The translations under genes were made by a program, and so were the position numbers. Shown here in pieces: positions 48,606 to 62,574 of a stretch of DNA of 64,000 bases (its first letter is position 1; each line of letters starts with the position of its first letter). Under the pieces are notes generated by a model, which made no database searches, was not told the origin of the DNA, and saw only the letters and a program-made list of their open reading frames with translations. Source of the DNA: the human T2T-CHM13v2.0 reference genome, Homo sapiens. The stretch lies in NCBI RefSeq assembly GCF_009914755.1, contig NC_060926.1. One strand, 5' to 3'.

Positions 48606-49229
48606 TTCTCATAGATTGATTAGCCTTCTAGCATGGTTGAAACCAAGACAATTGTTCTCCTTTTTCCTTCCTCTAGCATCACTGATTTTATGCCTTGAGT
48701 TTGGCATCATTAACCTGGATAGCTAATGAACCAACCATTGTGTTCATTATGAGAACATAATTTTGCTCGAGGCAGTTACAGGGTTTGGATGTTAGTATGG
48801 GCTATGATCTTTAGTGGTCTCTGATATTTTGGATTATTTCATAGAAGAACCTCTGAAAGTCTAGATCAACATCTGAAGACCTACTAGGAACATATCTACT
48901 CTATAAAAGGGGGCCTTGGTTAAAGCTGTGGAAGAAGCACCATGTCCGCACAGGCATTGGAATGAGACTACTCTGGCTGAAACAAGAAAGAATAGTAAAT
49001 AGAGAAGGATAAACTCATAATTTATTTGATTACAATTCTTTAGACTTTAATTTTCATGTTTATTTGTACATTGGCTTTTAATTTTTCCGTAGGGTATGCT
49101 GATAAATCTGAATTATATTTGAAATTGAGCTTTCCATATGTTGCTGTATATTAGACAATACTGCCCTTTCATCTATTTGCAAATCATTGAATAAATTCTT
49201 TTGGATATCATAACATACATAATGGTGGG

Positions 49230-49616
49230 TGTATTTGCTCATTTTCACACTTCTATAAAACACTTCCCCAGACCAGTTAATTTATAAAGAAAAGAGGTTT
49301 AATTGACTCATAGGTCAGCATGGCTAGGGAGGCCTCAGGAAACTTAGAATCATGGCAGAAGGTAAAGGGGAAGCAAGGCACCTTCTTCACAAGGTGGCAG
49401 GAAAGAGAAGTGTCGAATGAATGGGGAAAAGCCCCTTAGAAAACATCAGATCTTGTGAGAACTCACTCACTGTCACAAGAACAGCATGGGGTAAACTACC
49501 CCCATGATTCAATTACCTCCACCTGGTCTCTCCCTTGACATCTGAGGATTATGGGGTTTATGGAAATGACAATTCAAGATGAGATTGTGATGGGGACACA
49601 AAGCCTAACCACATCA
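49230..49616 (-). mobile_element. THE1D-like solo LTR
   Basis: AAAGAAAAGAGGTTTAATTGACTCA...GGAGGCCTCAGGAAACTTA.AATCATGGCAGAAGG...GGGGACACAAAGCCTAACCACATCA; TSD GTGGG/GTAGG. Confidence 0.9.
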
Positions 49617-50169
49617 GTAGGGAATTGAATAAGAAGTTAAGTTTTAACCTTGAGAACAGAGTAAACCAGAATTAGTTAAATTTAATAGGCTTTAATAAAC
49701 AATTTCAGAACCTTGTAGTGAAGGCTAAACTAAGCATTGGTTAGGCCCAGGATGGCACCAAGAGGAACAATAACTGGTCTAAGAGAAAAAGCCTTGGTGT
49801 GTTGACAGAAGGACCATAGTAATAGATCACCTGTCAGTCAAAAGGTGATACTTTGTCCCTCTTTTCTCTGATTTCTGCATTTATTGATCAATTGATTCTA
49901 AACCCTGTAAAGGAAGAAGAATGTCATTTCCTAAAACCATAAAATCCCATATTTTACTATGTGCCAGTAACTCTTCTTTGAGAAACATACAGATATGTGA
50001 TAAACGGGAACTAAGAAAGAATAAAATCTATTATGTATACCAGTTCAGACAGGAGAAAACAAGAGACATCTATTTTCATTCCTATACCACTAACTAGTGG
50101 GTGAATATGAGCTAAGCATCAATTTTCCAGCAATCAATATGCACCAAACTTGCATTTTCCTTTATTTTC

Positions 50170-50711
50170 AGCAAGACAGCCTTAACATTCCTCTCAGTTG
50201 GGCTAAACTTGGGACAGGTTTATTTCTGATGATGAGCCCCTGATATCCTTTTTCTTAGAGTATTTATTTTAGAAAACTGGCAGTTATAAATCCTTCCTCT
50301 TCCCCATTGAGATATGTCTTCTCCCAGCCTCTTACCCGTTTTACAACCCAGAAATGCCTTTCTCAAGGACCTGGCAGCCATCCCTTTGAAATGTAATCAT
50401 TAACTAAGATAGCTCTCCTAACCTCTGTCTCTTTGGGAGAGTAGGAGCCTAACTTCAATACTGCCAACTGGCAAATACAGATGGCCTAATCACTTGGACT
50501 TTCTTCTCCATAATGTCCTCCAGTTTTTTTTCCACTAGCTCAACCCAGTACTTAAACAAAAAACAAACAAATAATACTTTGTCTTTTATTTCACTGGAAG
50601 TGAGTTTACTCTCTTTCCCTATGGTAACATTCCTAATTCCTATTGCAATAGTCTTAAAGAAAAAATTCTCCTTACCTGTTTAACCCTGACTGGTGTAATT
50701 TCTCTTTGATA
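50170..50711 (+). mobile_element. MER67-like ERV1 LTR
   Basis: TTTTACAACCCAGAAATGCCTTTCTCAAGGACCTGGCAGCCATCCCTTTGAAATGTAATCAT...GTAGGAGCCTAACTTC. Confidence 0.75.
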
Positions 50712-50848
50712 TCCTCATTTATACTCTTCACTTGTGAAAATCCATGACCAAAGTGACACATTTGTTGTATTATGTTTCATGAAAGCTATTGTGAACTTTG
50801 TGAGATTCTTTGTTTAATAAAGTATACCAAAATCAGATGAGTATAACA

Positions 50849-51115
50849 CTAGCTTGCTCAACCTGTGGCTCATGGGCTACATCTGACCCAGGATAGCTTT
50901 GAATGCATCCCAACACAAACACGTGACCCAGGATAGCTTTGAATGCATCCCAACACAAACTCGTCAACTTTCTTAACGCATTATGAGTATTGTGCGATTT
51001 TTTTCTTTTTTTAGTTCATTAGCTACAATTAGTGTTAGTGTATTTTATGTGGGGCTCAAGACAATTCTTCTACTTCCAATGTGGCCCACAGAAGCCAAAA
51101 TATTGGTCATCCTTG
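50849..51115 (-). mobile_element. MER30 MITE with 40-bp internal duplication
   Basis: CCCAGGATAGCTTTGAATGC...TATTTTATGTGGGGCTCAAGACAATTCTTCTACTTCCAATGTGGCCCA.AGAAGCCAAAA. Confidence 0.85.
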
Positions 51116-53163
51116 GTATAGCAGATTGAAACTATATATAAGTCAGTTCATGAAGAGAAGTCACATAGGAATCAGGACTTCCCATTGCTTTTCTCATGAC
51201 GTGTTACCTTACTTAATTTCTTAAGATCAGTCTTGTGGTCTGTATGCAATCCCTTGTGATATGTTCATGAATCAGGAGAGTGGAATGAATATCATATATT
51301 ATCTCTAGTATCAAATACCCAAACTAAGGAGAAGGCAGAGATTTCATAACAGAGTTTTAATCTATAGCTGCCAAAGGGATTGAATGTTGTATCTGTTACT
51401 AGGTTAATCATATATTTATTTCCACAGTTTTCAGCTTTATTATCACAAATGTTTGTGTAAACTAGGGAAGAAATTACGATAAAATATTATGTTGAAAAAA
51501 TACTTTATATGTAAACTAGTGTAATCTTTTCATGTTATATTTAAAGAGACAGATGATTCACCATAATTCTTATCTTCTTTGCTTTGAACATAAAAGATGG
51601 TAAATGAATATTTGTTATATAAAAATAAGTTCATAAAAATAATGTTATGAGTCGTTTAGTCCTATAAAGAATGAGACTACTCTGGCTGAAACAAGAAAGC
51701 TGGCATAAAGAAAGTTCACATGCCAGCTTCCTGATTTGATGTCACCAATTATGAATATTTATTATGAAACTTAGTTGAAATTGTTTTTATTCATTTACTT
51801 ATTTAATAAATATATATAATGAACTTAGTTTCCTTCCAGAAATTATTCTCAGGCCTGGAGATAGACAGATAAACAAAAATAACTAGGTTAATAAAAACCT
51901 TAGCCCTCATGGGCTTTATATGTTAGTACCAGTAGAGAGATGATAACAAGGAAGTAAAATATGTGATATCTGGTTTTGTGAGTTAATAAAAAGAAAATAT
52001 TTCCTAACACTGGAGTTTAAAGAAGAATGGATTGCATCCTGCCGAATATGCCCAGCTAAAGTATATATTGTTTTTACTATTAAGAAGTACCATTCTTTTC
52101 AGGAATTTTTCTTAAGGAAAGTTGTCAGGGTCAAGAAGACAGTGAACTTCATTTATTTTCTTCTTGGTTCTATGTTGTCATAAATCTCCTTGACATTTGC
52201 AAATTTATTTAACCATTCTGTAGAGTGAGGACACTAAGTCTTATTTATCTCTCTTTTTGTCCATATACAGCTTTGTGGCTTGGCATGGTGCCTACTTTCT
52301 CTAGTCTCTGCTGCTTGGGAGACTGAAGTGAGAGGATAAGAAAAAAAACCTTTGTGAAGGTTTGAGGTGAAGTGATGGAAACTATAAACATTAATACCCA
52401 GATTACCAGGCAATATTTTTGTCATATTAAATTGAAAAATTTTGCAATTAATAAGCACGCTATAACATTATATATAGACTTAAGACCTCAAAGCATTTAA
52501 ACCTAGGCAACAACAGATTTCAAATATAGAACTAAATCTAGTTATCATAGGCTGAATCGAATGACTTCCATGTCACTTCTTGATACTTATGAATATAGGT
52601 GAAACAGGTTCTAGGGTTTTTTTATCCTTTTACTGGAAATTAACATTATACTCTTTCTTATTCAATTTTGCTGCAGGGTTTTATGTTGAAATAAGCTTTC
52701 TTTTACAGGTCTAGAATTAAATCAATATAAATGCAAGCAGATGTAGTTGTCCTTTTGTATTCTTGGGTGGGAAGATGCTGTAAAGATTATTTAGGCCAGC
52801 TTCTCCATTTCTAGAGATCAAGAGTTAAGTCTCAAAGCAATTACTTCTGAAATAGCATTATAATCTTGCTCCTCTGACACTCAGCTCATCAATATTTATT
52901 CCAGTATTTTATACTGCATTGCTTGCTTTAAGTTGTCTTTGGTATGCTATAGTACTGGAGCAGGATAAATCAGTAGCACATCATAATATGTTAAGAATTC
53001 AGAATATAGTGTGTTCAGAGCAACTTTGCTTCTTGAAACAGGATAGCTCTTGAGCTATCAAATATGGGCCATTCTTATATATACTATTGTTTTGTCTTTT
53101 TTTTTTTAAATTTTGGAAACTAAGAATTAGAAATCCTAGCCAACTACCTGAGTGTATGTGCCA

Positions 53164-53264
53164 ATTATATTTAGTCAGATAATTTATATTTAGTCAAATA
53201 TACATTATTTTTATTTATATTTCTATTTATTTATATTTAGTTATTTATATTTATATTTAGTCAA
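53164..53264. repeat. AT-rich degenerate repeat of TTATATTTAGT(CA)
   Basis: Motif recurs four times in 100 bp. Confidence 0.65.
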
Positions 53265-53820
53265 ACAGTCTCCTAGGTTGAGGAACAAACTTATTTATTT
53301 TGAAAGAGCAAGTTGAAAATTTTAACAAAATTTGATTCATTATTTTGGTGTAAAGTACTTTATCCAAAATATAAAACAATATTGGTTTGATTATAAGAAT
53401 GTTGTACTGGTCCTGATATAAATTGTGTCCATATCAGCACACAAATCATATAAACAAAATTTACTGAGGGGAAATAAAGGCAATCTCAATAGTACCACGT
53501 TTGCTTTCCCCAACATATTCATTGTTTCCTCAAAAAACTTCTTACTAAACATGATATTGATTTTTTCTTTTCTGTTCATATGAATTATTCATTCACTTAA
53601 GTAACAATTATATATTGAGTTTTTTTAATGCATTGAATACTTACTAAACTCTAGGGATATGCACATGGACTGAACCTAATCCTTCAGCTGAAGGAAAGTC
53701 ATGATCTACTGGTGGCGGAGTTGAACATTAATCATGACATTTCGTTGAAGGTCAAGATGAAAGAAAGAGAGGTGATTATTGAAACAATGAAGTAAAGACT
53801 GAGCAAACAGATGTAGAGAA

Positions 53821-53972
53821 CATCCTTTTGATGGAGGGTAGAAAAAACACGTAAGGAATACCAGTAAGTAATGTAAACCATGTAAATAATACCAGTAAGT
53901 AATGTAAAACATGTAAGTAATACCAAAGATCACCCTTTGTGATGGAGGGCAGAAAAACCACGTAAGTAATAC
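53821..53972. repeat. Nested local duplication (A-B-B-A')
   Basis: 31-bp units at 53863 and 53894 flanked by ~42-bp copies at 53821 and 53931. Confidence 0.8.
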
Positions 53973-54011
53973 TGGTCAGTCAAAGAAGTTCCAGATGGCT
54001 AGCTTCTGAGC

Positions 54012-54313
54012 CAGGGCTGTAAAATAAAAGTGCAATCCGTAAACAGGCACATATGCAATTATGATTTTCTAGTAGCTACATTAAAAAGTCAAAGAAAACT
54101 GGCAAAATTAATTATGATACCATTATTTAATCAATATATACTAAATGTTATCCTTTCAATAGATAATAATATGAAATTATTAGAGATATATTTTACATTG
54201 TCCTTAATATTTTAAATGTATTTTACAAATATAGCACATTTTGATTTGGAAAAGCCATATTTCAAGTGCTTGACAGTCACATGTGGCTAGTAGCTTCCTT
54301 TTAGAACAGTGAA
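54012..54313 (+). mobile_element. MER33 (hAT-Charlie) MITE
   Basis: TTTTCTAGTAGCTACATTAAAAAGT...GAGATATATTTTACATT...TTTCAAGTGCTTGACAGTCACATGTGGCTAGT. Confidence 0.8.
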
Positions 54314-55064
54314 TTTTTAGACTGCTAGGTTCTATATTCTCCATGGAGAAAAAGTGGCATTATGATTTGAAGGTGTTACATGATGGGGTAAGAAGGGAAA
54401 AACATTGAAGACTTGCAATGGCCACTGAAGACACAGGGTGGCGACCATTAGGGAGATATGAACCTGTTGTGTTATTCTTTGGAAGACCTTTTAGACATTT
54501 TTCAACACTATCTGCCCTTTCAGGGCATCTTTCAGTTGCCTGGGCCATTTACTGATATCTTAATGGAGTTGCTGCTAAGCTAAGCATCATAATAGCTTAT
54601 ATAGGTGGGTAAGGACAATAAAAGAGAGTTCCAGAATTCTCTTCACTTGGAGTAAATCTAGTTTATTCTACTCCAAAAAAGGCCAGTTTGCTATAAGAAA
54701 CTCACAAAATACAACTGGAATCAGTAACTCTTTACTCCCCAAATCAGAGATCCAAGTCATGTACTCTCTGCTGTGTGATTTTTATGTGGCTAAAATTAAT
54801 TGTATTTTTCACGACTTGGATGCCTTTGCAGAGGGGTGTCTGTTGGAGGGATGTTAAAGTAACACATCCCCACCTCCACATAACAATGATCTTAAAATTT
54901 ACCTTTGTTTGCCCTTTTCTTTCAAACTGTAGGGCAGCTAGAATTCTGAGAGGAACAATAGATAATAGTTCATCAGTTGTGTGGTTTAGATATGTACTTT
55001 TAAAACTGAGTGCTAATCTTGACTTCTATACTTTTTTTTTTTTTTTGCCATTCTCTCTAGCCGT

Positions 55065-55182
55065 GCTAGAATGTAAGTTCCTTTAGGGTGGGGATTTTGA
55101 TAGTGTTCTCCACTTATGTATCATAAGCACCAAAACCCCAGTGCCTAGAGAGAGCAGTGGCTCAATGACTCTTTATTGAACA
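55065..55182 (+). mobile_element. L2 3' end
   Basis: CTAGAATGTAAGTTCC..TAGGG.GGGGA...CAGTGCCTAG...GCTCAATGA...TTATTGAA. Confidence 0.6.
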
Positions 55183-55494
55183 AATTTTCACAATTGATCT
55201 TTCATGTTCAACACAACTCAGGTGGAGTTGGGTGTTATAAAATTATGGTGTAACCAATTGCAGGGTTGTTTGAGTTTTTTTTTTTTTAATGGCCTGCACT
55301 TTGACCAGCTGGTTCTGGCAAAAGTGTAGATGAGAAATCAGGTAAAGCAGATATTGGAGGGAAGAGGTCAAAGTTATCAACTCAGCAATCAATAGAACTC
55401 AAGCATAATTGTTAGACTGAATACAGTGATATTTCCACAGCCCAATAGAAATGGCCTAATTAAATGTAGTAGTGGCAGCCAAGATTTTCTTATA

Positions 55495-55632
55495 ACCATA
55501 GAATTGTGTTGCAAAAATTAGACCATTATAATTCACATTATAATTCACCATAGAATTGTGTTGCAAAAATTAGACCATTATAATTCACATTCTAATTTTT
55601 GTGTTGCAAAAATTAGACCATCATAATTCACA
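55495..55632. repeat. 52-bp tandem repeat, about 2.7 copies
   Basis: ACCATAGAATTGTGTTGCAAAAATTAGACCATTATAATTCACATT at 55495 and 55547, partial copy at 55599. Confidence 0.9.
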
Positions 55633-57059
55633 GTTCAAGATAATTGTCACCATCAAGCAAGTGCTTGGATTCTTTAATTTGTCAGCTATGCAACACTCTA
55701 ACTTCCCCAGCCAATCAATGCCTTCTAACTTCAGTATGAAATTCACAAAATTCAAATTCAATCTTAATTATAACTGTAGATGAAAACCAGAGATGGTTTT
55801 ACTTTGGTTTATTTCTCAAAATCTTTAAATTAAGTAACATAAAAAGTATTTATATTTCTTCTTTTCCTGGATATTGATGACTTTTATTTTTGTAGGTTTA
55901 GCTTTTCTTTCTATTCTTTCTAGGCACCACCAACTGAGAAACCACCACAACAAAATTGATCCTGTTTTCTCTCTCGCAATTCCCATTATGATCTTATTTC
56001 CTTGGACCTCTAGAATTTGCATATCTCTGCTTCATGCATAACTACGGCAAATTATTCTTGTAAAGTAATCAGTTAATATGGGTAAAGCATTTAGTACTTC
56101 TGTCATATTCGACACCATGTATGTGTTTTTTTCAATAACTGAATGAATGACTAAACTTCTAATCTGACATACATACATAAGTTGTACTGTTGAAAGGAGA
56201 TGGTGATGAGAGAAAAGGAAAGCCCGTAGTGATTTATGGAATCACCATTTGTAATTTCTTGTCATAAGGGAATATATCTTCTTACTCCTTTTAATTTTAG
56301 TATGAAGGCATTTTCTGGGTGACTTTGTATTAAACATTATCATAGTTATTTTACCTCTTTTATGCTTTCATTAGAAATATTCCTTTTTAGGTTATTCTAA
56401 AATAAAATTAGAATCTTGAACATTCTGCTATATCAGAAAGAAAATCAGGCAATTTCATGTTATAAACAATGGCTAGATGGATTCTTCTGTAATTATTACA
56501 TTTTTCAACTTTTCACATGTAGACATCATATCCTATTCAGGCTTCTCAAGTGAAGGATTATTTTGTCAAAATGTAAGTTTCAAAGAGTGAAGCCTTTTGG
56601 CTTCTAAACAAATTTAAAGTGCACACATGTCAAAATTTATTTAGTTCATTATAAGATAACAAGACTAGTTCAAAGAGAGTTGTTGAAAGGCATATTTATG
56701 TTTCGCTAGAAGAAAGAATGCATGCTTGAATAAAATTTGTAACTTATATACAATATTAACTAATGTGTATAATGGCCTGTGGATCATATTTTTATAACAG
56801 AAACAATTTGTACCTGTCCTGGACAAAATTCATTTGTATGGCTATCATTTAAAAATTCTACTTTTTTATACTTTCTAAAAGCAAATATATCCTTATAGAG
56901 TTATACAATATCCTAATCAATAGTCAATAACATGTCTAACAAGTTACATACCCCTGAAGTTAATCCTTAGGTAGGCTTGGTCAATGTCCAGCACATCACT
57001 GGAAGAACACACAATCATCTCTTTTGTCTATTTATAATTTTTTCTTAATAATTCTTCCA

Positions 57060-58420
57060 CCACTACGTTATGTGGGGTTGGAATAGAGATACCTTTTTTG
57101 CTTCTACTCTAATATCATTTCTGGTTTACCAAATGCTCTATCATATTATATGATCTGCTGCTGCTCCTCTCCATTGAAGCTTATTCTCATGTCTATTCAT
57201 CTGTCCCCTTGTCATCTATCAAACTTGTGGGCAGGAGCCTCACTCAGGAAGTCTCTGACATGTGACTCACAATCTTCCCACCTCACTCTTGCCACCATCC
57301 TGGGTGACATGAACATCCCACTTGTAATCTGACTGACCCATTGGACTCTCAGTTTTATGTCTTCTTAGTCTTAAATAAGATCCTCTCCCTTTCTTTCGTC
57401 TCTGACTCTCAAAGTTACACATATTATTTCACTAACCAGAAGTTGGTACTTCTGAAATGTAACTTCCTACAACATAAAAACAAATGTCCATACTTCTAGT
57501 GTACTTGCAAATGTATTCTCACTAAGCCTGTCATCAACTTCATGAAAATCTTTTGTGAATTGACTTATCTTTTTTTTTTTTTCAATCTGGAATTATCTCC
57601 TGCTTTCACCTCATCCTATTGGCTAGGAATTCATCCTCACAACACAAACTACTGTCCTTATGCTATTTTATTTCACATGTGCATAGAAGAACACCATCCC
57701 TGTAAAACACAATGATCTATTATTTCTATTCATGTTTCTGGACAGGCACTGCCATTGTCAAAGTCACACATCTGTGCAAATTAGCGCTACCATATATTAT
57801 ACCTGCCAAATCCAGTCGGGTCATAAACACAGCCCTAAAATTCTACTAGTTTTTCTTCAGCCAGTAACTTTTCTCATTCTTCAAAATCAATTAAGTTAAG
57901 CCTCTCTATTCTACTCAAATCTTTAACTTCCTCCTTATAAGCCGAACTCCACGTTGCTCCACATTGCTTATTGGTGCAGATGACAGTATTTAAAATGTTA
58001 CAGGGAAAAGTAACAGCCACCAGCCAGGTTATCTTGCAATTTCTTCCCAGAGCTGATGTGTAATCCTATCTGCATTTGTGTCCATCTTGTATTATCTCAG
58101 GATACTAAGGAGGCTGTATACCTCCTGCTACATAAGTCCAATTCTTTACCAGTGCTTTGAATCCCATTGACATCTGAAAGTGATGCTTTTGGAGTTATGA
58201 TTTCTGTCCTACAATTGTATCTTTCTTTCTCTCCTGGCTCATCTAAATTAATTTATCAACAAACGTTAATAAAACAATCTTTACTCCTTCTACCCTCTAC
58301 TAGGTATTATTAGTTTGCCACTATATGGGCCAATCTGCTGTATAGTATTTCCATTGTCACAGTATCTACTTTCTCTCTTTCTACTCCCTATGTTCTTGTG
58401 ATTGTACCTTCATTGCTCTC
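57060..58420 (+). mobile_element. Degenerate L2 ORF2 (endonuclease region onward)
   Basis: C/T-rich sense strand; ORF 57150-57332 contains ILGDMNI, like the APE-endonuclease GDFN motif; boundaries approximate. Confidence 0.5.
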
Positions 58421-59310
58421 ATTGGGGTCATGAAGCTGGAAAATTTAAGAGAAAGAACATTTAGAATAGATATACTGGAGAATTGGAGACACAGCTGAAT
58501 AGGGGAAGCTGGAGAGATGGCATGACATCATGGGGCCTAATAAGGCTAGAGACCACTTCTCAAAGGGAAAGGAGAAATGCATTTTACCTGGAGGCATCAA
58601 GATGGGCTACATGGAGAAGATAAATTACAGCTGGACTTCACAACATGAGTTAATAGTACCATTTTCCCACATATTTCACTGATTCTGTCTTTCCTTCTAT
58701 GGATGAAGGACCAAGCCCACCTGAGGATCTGAATATAGGTACTGCACCAGGAAAAACCAAGAGGTCTGCACTAGTGATGTATGTCTGTTCGTTTAGAAGT
58801 AAGCATCTTTGCTCAGGGTGCTGTCTATAGGCTTTAACTAAATCTCAGAACTTTCAAGATACCAATTTTGTACTTCCATCTTATTTTTAACAAAGTAAAA
58901 ATACATATCCAGAAATGTGAAACCTACCCAAAAGTTACACTGATTCCCCCAGCATGGATCTGGAACCACTTCCCAGTAGTTTTCTGCTTTTAACTCTCCT
59001 TCTCCAAATTTCCACACATTTCTCCTCTCAGACATCCCTTCCCCTCATGAAAATCTCTCATGTAGAATGTTATTCACAAATATGTTTTTGGAAAGGGATC
59101 TTAAAACTCTTTTAATCCTGCTCCATTATTTTGTAGTATTAAATAAGATAGAAGAGGAAATTGAAACAGAATGGATAATTTACCTTTTAAAAATCAGTTA
59201 GTTTTGGGCAAATCTAGGATTAGTATCTAAGTTTCTTCCTGTTTGGAGACAGGAAATCTTTGTTGTCATTATAGTTTCACAAATTAACATTGGTAGGCTG
59301 CACAAATTAA

Positions 59311-59636
<326 letters not shown>

Positions 59637-60512
59637 TGTCAATTTTATAGATATATTTAGAGTTCCAATGTTACTTTGTTAAACTGCTATGGAGTGAACC
59701 AGAATTTTCCACCATTTGTTTGCCTAGCATAAGCTCAAAAATATTTCCTGAGAACAAATCTATAAAATAATTTTCAAAGATACATAAGCTTCCAAGGCTC
59801 TGAGTTAAGTTCCATAAAGCTCAAAGGTCTGAGGAAAATTTATCTTGAAGTTCTATCCCTACTTTTCTATTTATATGGTCAAGATAAAGTAAGTTCTCTC
59901 TAAAAGACTTTCATGTAATCATCTCCACTGACAAAATTGGAACCTGTTTCTCTTACTCTCTATTTTACTGTTTATAAACCACATAGTCAAATTATTTTTG
60001 CTTAATTTGTAAATAGGCAACTGTGTTTAATATTAGACTGTATGCAAATTGGTGATGTCTTTATGTTTGAGTCTCCTGTGCATTTGTGGTCCCAAAAACA
60101 GTAGTTAGTTAATTTAATGAGTATGTGTTGGAGTAATTTTATTGATAGGGATTCTGAAGAATGCGATCATTCAATAGATGAAAATATGGCATTTAACTTT
60201 GGATGCAAGATATTTTTATCTTAGTCAATATTTCAAAATACTATCTGTTCCACAAAAAGTCATGCATTTATTGGCCATTCAATGGACCTCATTAAACAAG
60301 CCAGACATAGACCAAGTGATGAGATAGGTGCCCATATTGTTGCTGGCATTTCTTGACATCTTGTAAGTATCAAACAGAAATGTTGGATTTGTGATTGATT
60401 ATCACTCTGTATAATATGTAGAAATCATTGGCTGTAGAGATGGGAGGTACACGTTATAATAATGCACCATCCATATAGGGTAGACAGAGAAGACAACTGG
60501 AATATTATATTA

Positions 60513-61637
60513 ATTTTATTTTTTCTTCCGATTTTTACTTTATGTTCAGAGGGTACATGTGCAGGTTTGTTACACGAGTAAATTATATGTCACAGGGTTT
60601 GCCATACAGCTTATTTTGTCATCCAGGTAATAAGCATAGCACCAGATAGGTAGCTTTTTGATCCTCACCCTTCTTTTACCATCTACCCTCAAGTGGGCCC
60701 CAGTGTCTGTTGTTCCTTCCTTTGTGTCTATGTGTACTCAATGTTTAGCTCCCACTTATAAGTGAGAACATGCAGTATTTCATTTTCTGTTCCTCTATTA
60801 ATTTGCTTAGGATAATCACCTGCAGCTCAATCCATGTTGCTGCAAAGGAAATAATCTCGTTCTTTTTTATGGCTGAGTAGTATCCCATGGAGTATATGCA
60901 TCACATTTTCTTTATCCAATCCACTGTTGATGGGCACCGGGGTTGATCCTACGTTTTTGCTATTGTGAATAGTGCTACAATTAGCATACGCATGCATGTG
61001 TCTTTTTGGTAGAACAATATTTTTTTTCCTTTGGGTATATATCAAATACTGGGATTGCTGGGTTGAATGGTAATTCTATTTTAAGTTTTATGAGAAATCT
61101 CCAGACTGATTTCCACAGTGACTAACCTAATTTATGTTCCCACCATTAGTGTATAAGCATTCTCTTTTATCTGTAGCCTTGCCAGCATCTGTAATTTTTT
61201 GAGTTTTTAGTAATAGCCATTCTGACTGGTGTGACATGGAATCTCCTTGTGGTTTTGATTTGTATTTTTATATTGATTAGTGATCTTGAGCATTTTTTCA
61301 TATATTTGTTGGCTGCTTGTATGTCTTCTTTTGAGAAGTGTCTGTTCATGTCCTTTTCCCATTGTTTAATAGGGTTGTTTGTTTTTGCTTGTTAATTCGT
61401 TAATTCGTTTAAGTTTCTTACAGATTCTGGATATAAGACTTTTGTCAGATGCATAGTTTTCAAATATTTTCTCTCATTCTGTAGTCTGTGTGTTTACTCT
61501 GTTGATAGCTTCTTTTCTTTGCAGAAGCTCTTTAGTTTAATTAGGTCCCACTAGTCAATATTTGTTTTTGTTGCAATTGCTTTTGGAGTCTGCCATAAAA
61601 TCTTTGTCAGGGCCTATGTCCAGAATGGTATTTCCTG
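60513..61637 (-). mobile_element. L1PA15/16-like 3' end, 5'-truncated
   Basis: GGGTACATGTGCAGGTTTGTTAC...CCAGGTAATAAGCATAG 3'UTR; ORF 61167-61349 MNRHFSKEDIQAANK... is the ORF2 C-terminus; TSD-like AACTGG(A/G)ATATT on both flanks. Confidence 0.92.
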
Positions 61638-62574
61638 ATAACTGGGATATTTTAATTTAGCATAACACTAGTTCCATTTTTTTAATATAATGTATATTTG
61701 TATATTGCTTTATTATTTGTATGTGTTTTGTGGGGACGGGTGTGTCTATGTTAAAGTTCCTTGCAAACCCACTCCCCTGTCAAGATACTTAACACATACA
61801 TACAAAAGATTGCAGTTATCCATTCAAGAAAAAAAAGGCATTACAATTATTCAGTGAATCATGAAGTTAATTTTGAATTAAGCAATAAAATCTTAAAATG
61901 GTAAAGTTGCCCATCATACACCAACTGTGGATAAAACTTATCACTTGGGAACTAACAAAGGTTAGTTTCATAGGTGACAAATACAGAGAAAAGTTTTCAC
62001 TCCCTTTGCCAAAATCGGGACTAATTTCTCTAAATAATTTTAATATTTTGAAATGGTTCCAAGATTTTTTGCAGAGAACAACTTATTTTTTATAGTTTTC
62101 ATCTCTATTCACAAATTCTGAATATCAAATATTTATTGTTATTATAGACATATTTTTAGGCAACTATCTGACACAAGTTTTCAGAAATCAATTTTAATTA
62201 TTCCTAAACAGACTGTAATTCTGCAATTTGAAAAATGTTGCATGCAAATAGAAAAGGCATTATGGGGTAGAATTACCTATGTAGATATATTCTTTCTATT
62301 GTAATCACCAAAATTGAGGTTCAGGTGTTGCTCATTTGACAAGAGTGAAATATCAAATTATTTTTCTTATTTTATGAATGAATCTAGGACCTATACACTA
62401 AAGGCTAAGTGCCTTTGTGCTTCCCTTCTACTTTTCCACACCTATTAGGTAATGACAGACTCAGGTTTACTATGGATTATATTTCCAGAGATGAATGAAT
62501 GACCCTAATGTTCTGAGGCACATTTTTGTAAACATTATTAAAATATGTGGAAAAAATAATCATTGTCTCAATCA

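Noticed and set aside
49078-49263. Possible hAT transposase remnant or exon on the minus strand
   Set aside because: Resemblance too vague to support without an HMM search, and the ORF begins inside the THE1 LTR
61167-61349. Active L1 ORF2
   Set aside because: Only about 1.1 kb of 5'-truncated, stop-interrupted 3' end
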